Assembly: GCA_051362555.1 (NCBI GenBank)
Contig: CM120642.1
Coordinates: 1,674,001-1,738,000, forward strand
Origin: Lingula anatina
Lineage: Eukaryota; Animalia; Brachiopoda
Direction of reading: 5' to 3'
DNA: 64,000 bases
Shown here: piece after piece, positions 1-13,400 of the stretch
How positions within the stretch are numbered: the first letter of the stretch is position 1
Layout: every line of letters starts with the position of its first letter
The notes under the pieces: model-generated
What the model was told of the DNA's origin: nothing
Database searches by the model: none
What the model saw: the letters and a program-made list of their open reading frames with translations, nothing else
Made by a program: the position numbers and the translations under genes

Positions 1-585
1 CCAATGACCGAGGTGTATAAGATATGAGCGCATGTACACTGCATATTAGTAGTGCCCAAAAATCTTGGTGGAGAGTGTGTTGTAAAAACGTGTGGAAATA
101 CCCAGGCAGGGTTTCGACTTTCATTATGAAGACTCACTTATTGCCTTGGGTGTAATTTGTTATCAGTTATGGTGCTCTTTGGATTTTATCTGCTGTCATC
201 TACCTCTTTAATACCTGGTTAGCATTATTGTCAATTAGTGTCAAGGCTACAGTACAATGTACACAGCTCAGCTGGGCCAATTAAATCAATTACCTGTGTC
301 ATGTGTATTTGGAAGTTAGTGGCTTGATTTTAGATTTAGTGTAGTGTTAAGAGTAAATCTGTTTTGTAAGTATATATTCTAGCTCAGGTACCATTTAATT
401 GAATGAACTTATGAAATGAATTTGAAAAATGTTGAATTCTGTGTTTTCCTACTGTATTATGATGCAAGTTACAATATGAATAAAAATAACTATTGTTACC
501 TTTTTTTGTTAATTTACATTTAGGAAATTGATCTGAAATTTTCCCACCAAGCCACACTGAATGATTGGGTGCAAATAAATCTTGG

Positions 586-626
<41 letters not shown>
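1..626 (+). mobile_element. Probable 3' end of a degenerate non-LTR retrotransposon (L2/CR1-like) or retrocopy, ending in a poly(A) tail
   Basis: AATAAA at 574-579 is followed by a 37-nt A run (590-626). Upstream fragments read LVVPK (46-60) and MKTHLL (~126-143), reminiscent of LINE ORF2 C-termini (LxVP...LKTHLF). The 5' part lies outside the window. Confidence 0.4.
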
Positions 627-628
<2 letters not shown>

Positions 629-2530
629 TGACAGGTACAAAAGGCAGCTAGATGGCACACAAGGTAGAAGCAGCGAAAAAAATATTCTTACATCTTTGTG
701 ACCAGCTGAAGAGACAGGATCTGAACATCAGGAGAGTGAAATTCAGTGCATGACAGGAGTTATTTAATTGGATTTGTTTATTTATTTCATTGTTCATTTG
801 TTGTTTTAAAGTTGTTATCCTGATAGCTTGCATACAACAAGGACAGGTTTTCTATTTATTTAGAATTGTGAGCAGAAGCACAAGAAGAAATGAAAACACT
901 TTTTTCTTTCTCATATGTTTAAAGGCTAAATGGAAAAGTTTGCAAGAAATATAAAATTTTGTATGGTGCACCTCCCACAGATGGTCTGATATGCAGAAAC
1001 AGATGGCTGTTGTACATGTAGGTTGTCACTGTTGTGCATTTTTAAATTGTGACCACCAGTTGTGGAATTCTCCTAAATAAAATTACAAAGTGCTTAGTAA
1101 CACCATCTAAGGCCTAATATGTACATACCCACACAGCACATATCAATTGTGAGTCTTCAATCAAGCATTTCTCTAGACATAAATTAAAAATATACTAAAC
1201 AGGTTTCTCAAATTATGGTGGCTTGATTCGACTTAATATGCTCATGTACATGTTGCATTGCATCATTAAAAGTATGGAAATATTTTTCATGTCAGTGTTA
1301 TCAACCAAAAGGAAAGGGACCCTGATAATCTGTCATTGAATTGTGCAACAATGTTTTGCATTTCATGTTTACTTTTATCCATACAAAATGTGCATTTTCC
1401 TATATTTTCAATCAAATAAAGATCAATTCATGAACTGACTTGTTGTTATGTTACATTGAATGTCATAAGTTTGAAAAATACATTGCTTCTGTGAAGGTCT
1501 GGACTAATAATAAAATGCTAACAATGTTGCTACTGTGAATGGTTGAATTCATGGTAAAATATTGAACTCTCAAACAACAGTCATGTTACAAATACTTCCT
1601 AATGAACCAAAATGAAGCACAAGAATGCTGAAATAATTTCTGACAGCTTCATGATGTACAGTTAAATCATATCTGACAGCAATATTTCTTGTCACAACCC
1701 TGCATACTCTCTTCTTTGAGTCCGTAAGGTTTGATCCCGATAGTCAGCTCAAATTTCACATTATATCTATCCTTTATGTACAAAGGCTTCTATGAAAGGT
1801 TGAACTTATGATTACACAGTAAACTCTCTAAAGCTATAACTTTTATTACCCAATGAACAAGAAAAATGAAGTACAAGATAACTGAACTAGCTTCTGACAA
1901 CATTCCACGATGTTGGGATACAGGGGTAGGTCAGGATTTCACGTCTTTGGACTGTCTTGAGTTTATATGGGTCGATCACGCTGATCAGCTGAAGTTTTCA
2001 CATGTATATACTATTTTCCTTTTGGTGTACTTGATCACGATATGAAGATTATTTCACTTTATTTGGTTCACCTATATTTACACTACTATTCCCCGTCGTT
2101 CTTTCCCTCCAGAATGGCCGCTGGACGAGTGTTACGGAGCAAATATGACGTCACTGTAATCGGTTAATATTTCAATTCACAGAGTTTTACTTGATTTCTG
2201 TTTCATGGTAAACATGTATGCTGAAAAGAATTAACTGTGTATCTAACTTATGAAGTAAATTTTTGCATTAAATTCTAGGGCTTTGTTACATGTGTTATCA
2301 TAACACAAACAGTTAAGGACTATACTGAGCTTGAAGACAGCTTCATTAGAAATTTCTTACCCAGAATCAAAGGTATGTAACACACATTCAGTTTCAAGTT
2401 TTGGTATTTTAGGGGATGTTACTTGTGCCAGTTTTTATGTACAGACACAGATGTGTCTGTACATATAGCCATCATCTGCGTCTGTCGTCGCCGTCGCCGT
2501 CGTCGCCGTCGCCGTCGCCGTGCACTTTTA

Positions 2531-3610
2531 CCGATAACACGATAAGTGGAAAACCATTTTGCCTTTTGATTTGAAACTTGCAGAACTGATGAATATTCAT
2601 AATACGCAGGTCAAGTTCGAAAATCAGCATGATCGGGTCACTCTTAGGGAATTTATGCTGTTTTTTCACTTTTTTCAACATATATGCAGCACCGATAACA
2701 CAATAAGTGGAAAACCATTTTACCCTTTGGCTTGAAACTTACAGAACTGATGAATATTCATAATATGCAGGTCAAGTTCGAAAATCGGCATGATTGGGCC
2801 ATTTTTAGGGAATTTATGCTGTTTTTTCACTTTTTCAGCATATATGCAGCACGGATAACACAGTAAGTGGAAAACCATTTTACCTTTTGGCTTGAAACTT
2901 ACAGAACTGATGAAAATTCTTAATACGCAGGTCAAGTTCGAAAATCAGCATGATTGGGCCATTTTTAGGGAATTTATGCTGTTTTTTCACTTTTTTCAGC
3001 ATATATGCAGCACCGATAACACGATAAGTGGAAAACCATTTTACCTTTTGGCTTGAAACTTACAGAACTGATGAATATTCATAATACGCAGGTCAAGTTC
3101 GAAAAACAGCATGATTGGGTCATTTTTAGGGAATTTATGCTGTTTTTTCACTTTTTTCAGCATATATGCAGCACCGATAACACGATAAGTGGAAAACCAT
3201 TTTACCTTTTGGCTTGAAACTTACAGAACTGATGAATATTTATAATACGCAGGTCAAGTTTGAAAATCAGCTTTATCGGGTCATTTTTATGGAAGTTATG
3301 CTATTTTTTCATTTTTTTAGCATATATGCAACACTGATACACGATAAGTGAAAAACTGTTTTACCTTTTGGCTTGAAACTTACAGAACTGATGAATATTC
3401 ATATTACATAGGCAAAGTTTGAAAATCAGCGTGATCGGACCAATTTTATGGAAGTTATGCTGTTTTTTTCACTTTTTTCAGCATGTATGCAATACCGCTA
3501 ACGCATTTCAAGAAAAATCAATTGGCCAATTGTCTTGAAATTTACAGGGGAGATCAGTCTTACTGAAATACAGATAGAGTTTGAAAATGGTTCAGTTTTG
3601 GTGAAGTTAT
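2531..3610. repeat. Tandem array, unit 160-161 bp, about 6.5 copies
   Basis: The CCGATAAC-like anchor recurs at 2531, 2692, 2852, 3013, 3174, 3334 and 3495. Copies degrade toward the 3' end. Confidence 0.95.
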
Positions 3611-4930
3611 GCCTTTTTTTGTATATAAGTGTTTTTTTTTTCCTTTGATTTAATTCTTAGGCATGTTAAGAATCTCCTCTGTGAACTAATTAAATATGTA
3701 AAGGTGTTCTTTTGACATTTTCTGCATCTTAACAATATTGTTAGTTGATTATATAAAAAAGATGGTTAACCTGTTATTGTGTATTATATAACAAAGTGTC
3801 AAAAATGGAAATAATAATAAACTCATATCTTTACAGTTTGTCAGATTCAATCATTCACCATGTTCAGAATCTCAGAATGGAGCAAAATGGCAATTTAAAA
3901 TTGTTCTATTGATATTTTTCCTATGACAGCAATTTTCTTAGTTGTTCATTTAAAAATGACAGTAAATTGATTATTTTGTTATATGAAAAAAAGATGTTGA
4001 AAATGGAAAGAAAATCAATTCAATACAGTTATCTTTTGTTTACATTTTAGCATTTTGAAAGTGTGACTCTGAACTTCCATGGCCTTGAAGACATTTCCAT
4101 GTCACATTTTCTGTAAATCCATGATACTTTTATTTTATTATTAAAAATTAATGGTCATTATATTATATTGCATAAAAGTTGAAGAAAACCCTAATTTTGG
4201 AAATGGCTGCCGGAATGACCATTAAGGAAAAACCATGTTACTTATGATACTCAAACTTACTGAAAAGTTTCGTAAGACTGATGTGCAGTTTGTGTTGGAA
4301 AATCAGTGTGATTGTTTTCCGTTTTGGAAGCAATGTAGCTCTATAGAGTGCTATATGGGGCTACTGTGTATGGATGGTGGTAATTGCCCCTTGGGATAGT
4401 CACAAGCTAAATTCAGAGCTATAAAATCATTTGCCTAATTGATTTCCAAGTGCCCATTAAATAAGATTACATAAAACACACGCTGAGACTTCCCAGTAAA
4501 GTCCCATAGGTTAAGCTCTCTTAACTGTGTCACATAATTAGGAATCTATGATAATTATGCAGGTAAATGTTGTTTAATATTGCAAATAAGTTAACAAAAC
4601 AAAACAAAAAAATAGATGAATAACAGTGTCTTATTATCCTCAAACACATTGGGGTTATTCATATCATGTTATTACAGCAAGATTAAAAGTTTGAATAGTA
4701 GCTTTAATGGGATATTTTTGTGTTTTCTTTTTAATTTTTTTTTTCAAACACTGGCATTTTCAGCTCCCATCCACCTGAAGCTCTTCACATTTTCTGCATT
4801 TCCACATAAGCAGTTGCATTGGTTTTTATGTCTTTAAACATTATGTAATATTATTTTATGCACTGTCATCATTATTTAGATATTGGGATTTTCATTATGT
4901 GAATTTGGTCCTGAAACTGTAATCTTATTG

Positions 4931-5086
4931 CAGGGGTGGATTGAGGCCATCTTCTGGGTCTTTCAGATTTTAAAGTTCACATTGATGGGCATCTCTTTTT
5001 TCTGTTGGAAGACCATCAAAAATGTAGGATGGATCAACAAAGATAATTTGGAATACTGTCAGAAAATATCTCTGGATCAGCTCCTG
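4931..5086. mobile_element. Short MITE with CAGGGGCGGAT-type TIRs (degenerate copy)
   Basis: Ends CAGGGGTGGAT...ATCAGCTCCTG, flanked by the direct repeat TTATTG (4925-4930 and 5087-5092). Body homologous to 13067-13234 and 46413-46575. Confidence 0.75.
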
Positions 5087-7479
5087 TTATTGACGATGTC
5101 ACCTGTTGTGCATGATTAAATTTCAGCGTTGATTGACAGTGCTATTGTAGGCATCAAAATTGACAAAATGAACCATTTTCTGCATTTTTATTTTGTGTTT
5201 TTGTCTGTACATTTGACAGCTTTGCTGCCTTGTTTATATTTTAGTTTATATTCACTATGCAGATTTATGTGTGTTTACAATGAAGTTGAAGTTAACTGCC
5301 TAGCTTTATGTGACTTTGTTACACAGTGTGCTTCAATTTTCAAGACTTACATATTACACAGGACACTTGTAACTAAAAGTACTTTAGTAAAATCAGGAAA
5401 ACTTTGTGGTCCATTATGTTGTTCATGTTGCTTTGCAAGGGGGCGTGCCAGACAATTAAGCTGATTACAACGACTGAGCTCGAGTGTGATACTCCGCTGA
5501 GATAGATTGATCCTGCTATGATAGTTTCTATTTTGAACACAGTAAGCCTCTGTTGTTGTAAAGCATTTATTGATGTTATGTTTATTTTTCAGATTTTACA
5601 TCCTAGGTCTGTATGTGAACCTTTACCTGGACAATCTTACAGACAATAATAGAAAAGTCACCTGAAATTGCACAGGCAAATTCATCAGATTCATCAGACT
5701 CTATTGGACTTAGAGCCACCTTGGGTCAATCCCCCATAACAAATGTGCATCTTAGGTTTGGCAATCTCAATCAGTTTTGTAGGAAAGAAGGATTGGCACC
5801 ATTGAATTGACAAATATTGACAATTGACAGTTCAGTCACACTTAACTATAATGGCATGTTGCTTCAAGTTACCACACTTACTAGTATTCTAAGATTGCTG
5901 AATTATCATTACTGAGACCCTGGATCTCTCAACCAGAAGAAGAAACTTGGGGATCAATCAGTTATAAGATTAAAATCTGTGGAACACTACCCATCACTGT
6001 TGTGTTCAGTATATGGAAAAGATGACCATGATATTGGAACCTTGGGGATTCATAACTTGATTTCACTCCTGTGAGAAGTTCTTTTACTGTCCAATTGATA
6101 ATATGAAAATAAAGTACTCCTCCTGTCATTATATGTTGCTGACTCTGTTTTAATTTTCTTTATAGAAAAAGAATATAGATATCAAAATATCACATGTATT
6201 TACAAAGCCTATGAATCATTTGAAAGGAAAAAGAATGGTTGAAATATGCAATATAAATCATTTCAAGTGTATTAATTAGTGTTGCACTTGAGAAAACTGA
6301 TAAAATGAGAGAGTCATTCCCTTTTACCTTTAGAAAAATCATTTGTAATTTTTTTTCTCTATTGCTCCCTGAAAATAAGGTATATACACAATGCTGATGA
6401 CACTGGATATGCACAGTAATAACTTATTAAATTGGGGGGGGGGGGGGGGGGTAAATAACTTGTCACTAGTAATTTAAATTTATTCAGAAGTTGTATGGCT
6501 CTGTTTGAAAAGAATATTATTTGAGCAATCCTGTATTACAGATCTCAAAATAAAAAACCTGCAAAAATGGGCCTCTTGATTATTTTGAGGAATTAGGGTA
6601 ACTGTATTTTGGGACAGATTTGATGGCAGCTATTTTGTATTTATAAAAATTGGATAGATTTGCCCTTATCAAAGCATAGTTTGAATTCCTGGCTGTGAGT
6701 CTTTGATTAAATTTGATTATTGGAAGGTATTATCTCAAAATGTACTGATATCTTGATTTCGGCCATTTGGTTTTCTGCTAAAATTGCTAAAGTTTGAGGC
6801 ACTTTTTCAATATCTTCTGTTGAGTTTAACACACTTTTTGAATTTTGTATGATGAGACCAATATATGCTTAGGATCCCTATAAAATTTTATGGCTGTCAA
6901 ACCTGCAAAAAGAGAGATATGAATGCTTAAACATTGCTTGGTAGAAAAGTGAGTTTGGGGGGTGGGGTCATAAAAATGGGCGTGGCTCATTAGTTTGTGG
7001 GTTAAACTGAAATTTAGTAACATATTCTCAATGGCAAATGGCTGGTTTAAATAGGTAAATTTTCAATTAATTTTAAAAAGTCATCAGTTTTGACATATTT
7101 GCTTATGAAGTGGCTTTATTGACCGAAGCTGAAAATCAAGCCAAAAATGGCCAAAACATATAATATCATATTATTATTATATCCAATGATTTCTTTTGGG
7201 ATTGTTGCCTTCAATCTTAATATCTCCTATATATGCAACAATATTATGAATTTGGTTGAAATCTGTTGACCCCCACCTTGCCACCCTCTGACTGGTCCTA
7301 TCATGGACACACACTTAAAAGTCATTATGCGCATGATAATGAATTTCTCTTTCCTCTTCCCTTTCTCTTTCCTCTGTTACTTATGCCTATTAATTAATTA
7401 ATTTATTACTTTTCTTTTTTTTTAATTTAATTTTTTTATTTGTTATTTATTTCTGTAAATAAAATGGACACCAAGTTAC

Positions 7480-10400
7480 CTTGTTGAGGACTGGCTTGGT
7501 TGACAAGACATTGAAAATTCCAGCAAAACCAACATTCTAGAAAATAAGGTTATTGTTATAATTCAATTCTGTTTTTTAAAACCCAGTTTGTTGACAGAAA
7601 TCATACTTTTTGTATTTTGTTCCTAAAATAACATCTTTGTGTTGGATGCATCATGTAAACCACACCACCAAATTCAAGCAAAATAAATAAGATAATTCAG
7701 GGTCACATTCTTGAAGGTTAGAAATTAAAATTTACAGTTGAGAAAAAGTTACAGTTTAGAAAAATAACAAAAAACAAAACAGATCCTATTCCTCAAGTTT
7801 TGTAACCTAGAATTTATGGCTGCAGAAGAGAAACTACAAGAAATTTTTATTCAAAGCTGTGTTGTGTAGAGTTAATGACCAAGCCCCACCTGTTGTGTGG
7901 TCTGATTCATACATCTCATTCCCGGAGTACGTCTGTCATCTACAAACAGTGGCGCCTTCCAGTGGTCGTAGTTTGTTTCCAGAAGATACCACACGCCCTT
8001 CCCAGGGTTCAATTCCCAGATATCCAGGGATTTTTCTCTGCTTCTTGTAATCACACAACCCTGTTACACAGAAGAAGAATGACACAATTTCATTAAAAAT
8101 TGCCTATCATTTAGTTTTCAAAAATGGTGTGTTGGTCTGAATGACAGAATATTAATTCAGGGAGACATGATGATGTATATCATAATTATACAGTATATAC
8201 CTTATAGTAGTAATACAAATAAATTTCTATAATATTTACAAGGGTAAAATTACCAGTTAAAACACCGTTTTCTCCACTGCTCCTCTACAGCCCATAAACT
8301 GCATATATCACGCCTCGCTGTCAAACTAAGTGTCAAGTTACGCATGCACACTCCCTCTTATACTTATCACCTGCTACGTAGACAGTGTGTCTGCATGTGC
8401 ATGCAACCAAGGAAATGGTGTGTGTTACTTACCTGTCCAGAAGAATTACCACCAAGAATATAGTAACCTGGAGCTAGGAGTTCATCTTTGGACAAGGTCT
8501 CCTTGGCTTGCTGATAACTGGTGGAGTACATTAACACATCCCTGGTCAGAAAGCTCATCCATTTTCCATTGTGGTCACCTAGCAACCACTCAATGATGCC
8601 AAGATAGCCCCCATCCAGGTTAAAGCGCTCGTTCATTGACATTGTCAGGACACCCTGAAAGGTCATTTGATGAAAAAAAAACATTTTTAAGGGGTGAACC
8701 ATTGAGACAAAACCAGCTTCTACTCAACTAAGAGAAAATGATATCAATCATGAGCTGCAAATATTCCTGATACTAACTTGCACAATAAATTCATTCAAAA
8801 ATGTTTAACTAGATAATTTATAATATAACCTTCTTGAATTAATGTCAATTATTAAATGGAAGTATTGGTTAAAAAATAATAATCAAACAAAGAACTCTCT
8901 ATCTGAATGTACACATTGAATAATGATTTCAATTTGTTTTGAAATTAATATAATGATTTAAAATGAGGTCATCAATGAAATATATTTGAAATTTTATAAC
9001 AATTTTAATTTTAATAGTAATAAACATACAGGTATCATCCCTGTAATAGCTCCAATGAAGCCAGCATATGTGACAGCCTTGTAGACAACTTTTCCTTTCA
9101 TCTGGAACTCTATATTCATTATCATTGGCCGCAGTGCCTCCGTTATCACCCAAGTGTGGTTTTTAAAATCCCATCTGGAATATTTTTTCCAATTTTTTTT
9201 GCAAATCTGTGCAATATTTTTGATCAGGGTGAAATGGCATCTTATATGTGATTTGTGCAGCATCAAACAAATCAAAATAACTGAATTTCAAAATATTGGT
9301 TAAATCATTACAGTGATGTAATCAAATTGCTATTTCTACAGTGAAATGCTAACATCAGAGTGCAAGCTGCCATTTGCAATAGTTTTAGTGCAAGTTTCAT
9401 GGCACATATAATCATATATCTGCGATATGCACAACACAATCTAAATGATGACACATACCCCATAAACAGACCAAAGTCCAGATTTCTGGCATGATACAGC
9501 TTTCCTAAAATTATGAAGAGTAATTAAATCAATTTTATCAATCAATCAATTGTAATCAAAATGCTAACAATGCCTCAATGATAAAATCATTTCCAAAAAA
9601 TATCAAATTTGAATTACATTTCAAAAGTGATGGCCATCAATCACAGTAACAATCAATAAATTGTGCAGCAGTAATTGTTACAAACAGTAAACCATTTGTG
9701 ATAAATATAAATTTACATCATTTAAGGCTGTACTGATTGTAACAAATATATACTTATATTATCAATTGGAGATAAACATAAATTGACTGGGCATGGGACA
9801 AATAGTGCACCACAATAACATGAAGCCAGTGTCGATTAATTTCATATCTGCTAATCAACTATGGCTTATCTTACCTGCAGGGTCCTCAGCAACAATGGAT
9901 GTACACACTGTGAAGATCTCATAAAATATGTTGTACAGCAAGACCTCCCCTAGAACAGATAAAGGAATGAGTTAACTTTGGTATATAAATAAAAACTGTA
10001 TATATGTTTTATTCAAGAGATTCAGTAGAATTAGAATCAGGACTATATATTTTCATCAGCCAATCTTAAGGTATCCTTCAACAACTCGTGGACATTACAG
10101 TTTCATCCTGAGACAATTCACTATATGATGGACTCGTCACCTTGTTAATACCTCCATCACATGTACTTATTCAGAATCAGCAGTAATCAAGCAGAACCAG
10201 TCAAAATGAAATTTTTTTAAAAATTTGTACCATACCTATGGTCACACTGGAGACAAAATAAGCTAAGATGCCGTCAAAAAGATTTTTTAAACATTCCTGG
10301 ATATTCAAAGTGCATTCTAAAAATTCTATGTGCATTCCACATATTCAGGCCCATTACTGTGGTTGGCCTGGATATTTCAGTTCTCCCTAAAATGCAAAAT

Positions 10401-13400
10401 TTCAAATGTTGTTGGAATGCCAAGAATATTTAGAATTCAGTTGAAGTGCAGTAAGAATACAATGCCATTTGATAGTTCTCCAATTCTAAAATTTTTAGCA
10501 TGAGCAAAACATTTGGGTGCACTACAGTACTATACCAGAGACAGAGAATGGTCATATAACAGATCAGAAGGAATTCACCATTCTTGACCACGAGGAGAAC
10601 TGGAGCAAAGGAGGCATCAAAAAAGCTCGTTGGGAGTGTGGAAAATGCTCAACACTCAACAAGAAAGTACAGTACAACCCAGGTTTAACCTCTAACACAT
10701 GGTATAGGGTGCTGGAGATTATTCCTAGCCATATGACACTACTTATAATGAGGTGACCAGTCCATCCAGGTTACTACCTAGCCATACGACACTACTTATA
10801 ATGAGGTGACCAGTCCATCCAGGTTACTACCTAGCCATACGACACTACTTATAATGAGGTGACCAGTCCATCCAGGTTACTACCTAGCCATACGACACTA
10901 CTTATAATGAGGTGACCAGTCCATCCAGGTTACTACCTAGCCATACGACACTACTTATAATGAGGTGACCAGTCCATCCAGGTTACTACCTAGCCATACG
11001 ACACTACATATAATGAGGTGACCAGTCCATCCAGGTTACTACCTAGCCATACGACACTACTTATAATGAGGTGACCAGTCCATCCAGGTTACTACCTAGC
11101 CATACGACACTACTTATAATGAGGTGACCAGTCCATCCAGGTTACTACCTAGCCATACGACACTACTTATAATGAGGTGACCAGTCCATCCAGGTTACTA
11201 CCTAGCCATACGACACTACTTATAATGAGGTGACCAGTCCATCCAGGTTACTACCTAGCCATACGACACTACTTATAATGAGGTGACCAGTCCATCCAGG
11301 TTACTACCTAGCCATACGACACTACTTATAATGAGGTGACCAGTCCATCCAGGTTACTACCTAGCCATACGACACTACTTATAATGAGGTGACCAGTCCA
11401 TCCAGGTTACTACCTAGCCATACGACACTACTTATAATGAGGTGACCAGTCCATCCAGGTTACTACCTAGCCATACGACACTACTTATAATGAGGTGACC
11501 AGTCCATCCAGGTTACTACCTAGCCATACGACACTACTTATAATGAGGTGACCAGTCCATCCAGGTTACTACCTAGCCATACGACACTACTTATAATGAG
11601 GTGACCAGTCCATCCAGGTTATTACCTAGCCATATGACACTACTTATAATGAGGTGACCAGTCCATCCAGGTTACTACCTAGCCATACGACACTACTTAT
11701 AATGAGGTGACCAGTCCATCCAGGTTACTACCTAGCCATACGACACTACTTATAATGAGGTGACCAGTCCATCCAGGTTACTACCTAGCCATACGACACT
11801 ACATATAATGAGGTGACCAGTCCATCCAGGTTACTACCTAGCCATACGACACTACTTATAATGAGGTGACCAGTCCATCCAGGTTACTACCTAGCCATAT
11901 GACACTACTTATAATGAGGTGACCAGTCCATCCAGGTTACTACCTAGCCATATGACACTACTTATAATGAGGTGACCAGTCCATCCAGGTTATTACCTAG
12001 TGAAAGGTCTAAAGGTGAAACTGCAACATCAGGTTGTTGTTGAACTTTACCCTATATGTTAAGAAATTTGATTTATATATATTTGTGATCAATACAAAGC
12101 TCCTGATATCTCATCCTCTTACAGTTTATTGTTTTTCTTTTTTTCAAATGAATTTTTTTTTTCAAAAAATTTTTGATTTGAATTTACATTGGTCATCTCA
12201 AATATTCACAAAATTTTAACAATTTTTTGTCCCAAGTGTCCATGTTATGTGAAATTTACTGTTTCAATTTCTTAATTTTGTTGACAGTTGATGACAGTTG
12301 ATGGCACCGTTTTTTGGTCATAATTAAAACTAAGTAATACTATTAATGTTAGCATGAAATTAAATCGAGATTTCATCAGCAATATGACCCTAAAAATCTA
12401 ATAAACTATGCTGAATCACTGATTTGATTAATTCAGTAATTTGGATAAAATAAAAACCGTGTTATATGACCCCACCAAGTGGTATTCCTGTAGCCTGGGC
12501 TATTCCCTTGATCTCATCAGCATATGGCTGTGGAAGTGTGTTGGTTAAATTCCCCTTAAATACACACACAAAAAACCCGTTGCATCATCAAGAATTTAAC
12601 TGCATATACATTGTTGGAAATCAGAAAACAGTAATGACTTAAAGTGAATGTTAAATGAAAGAGAGAGGAATGACCCTATACATACGAAAGCCCTGACTTT
12701 TATTTTACCAAAACATAACATTCAGTATTATTATAATATCAAATTTCACTTCTTGTCTTATTCAATTTACAAACATATGCTGAATCACAGAGAGATTATG
12801 CCTGGTGAAATAATTTGATACACTCACCAAGTTATGGTCCACATAATCAAAAATCTTTTCTGCAAGTTTAGCATCCAAAGCTTTCACAAAATCCTTGAAC
12901 TTCTGCAAAAGGTTTACAATCTGAAAAACAAAAATTAACATTTGCCTGTTAAATGTGAATGACAAGAAATGAGCAAAAAATCTAAGCATGGAATATGAAT
13001 TTGACTACGTTTTAAATATTACACGTTATGTGAACTTGTGATAAATATGTACATATGGTATATACTCAGGGGCGGATCCAGAGATATTTTCTGACAGTCT
13101 TCCAAATTATCTTTGTTTATCCATCTTCAATTTTTGACCGTCTTCCCACAGAAAACATTAGATGCCCGACAATGTTAACTTGAAAATCTGACCGTCTTCC
13201 GGAAGACCCAGAAGACGGCCTAAATCCGCCCCTGATACTTCTAAATTTACACAAAACCTTCCAGTTGCTGATATTCAGTTTCCTAATTGGTAAAGACATA
13301 CTTGTAACTGCACAAAAACCTATATATCCATATAAAGTTAGCAGCCTACTTACAGACTTTGCTCTCTCTTTCACTATATGTGTCCACCTGTCAGCAGCAG

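Larger units (their letters stand above)
2432..5235 (+). mobile_element. Non-autonomous Helentron/HINE-type element with an internal ~161-bp tandem array
   Basis: 5' end: T-run, a perfect 14-bp-stem hairpin TATGTACAGACACA-GA-TGTGTCTGTACATA (2436-2465) and a (CGT/CGCCGT)n microsatellite, then the tandem array. Putative 3' end: inverted subterminal copy TGTCTGTACAT (5202-5212), small hairpin GACAGC-TTT-GCTGCC and TTGTTT (5215-5235). Confidence 0.7.

Noticed and set aside
6490-7320. Possible transposon remnant downstream of ASAH1-B (ends CTGACTGGTCCT)
   Set aside because: Only one candidate terminus; no matching second end or TSD found, so it is not called as a feature.
10724-12000. Regular 53-bp repeats as a CRISPR array
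   Set aside because: The units are contiguous and identical with no unique spacers, there are no cas genes and the context is a eukaryotic intron.
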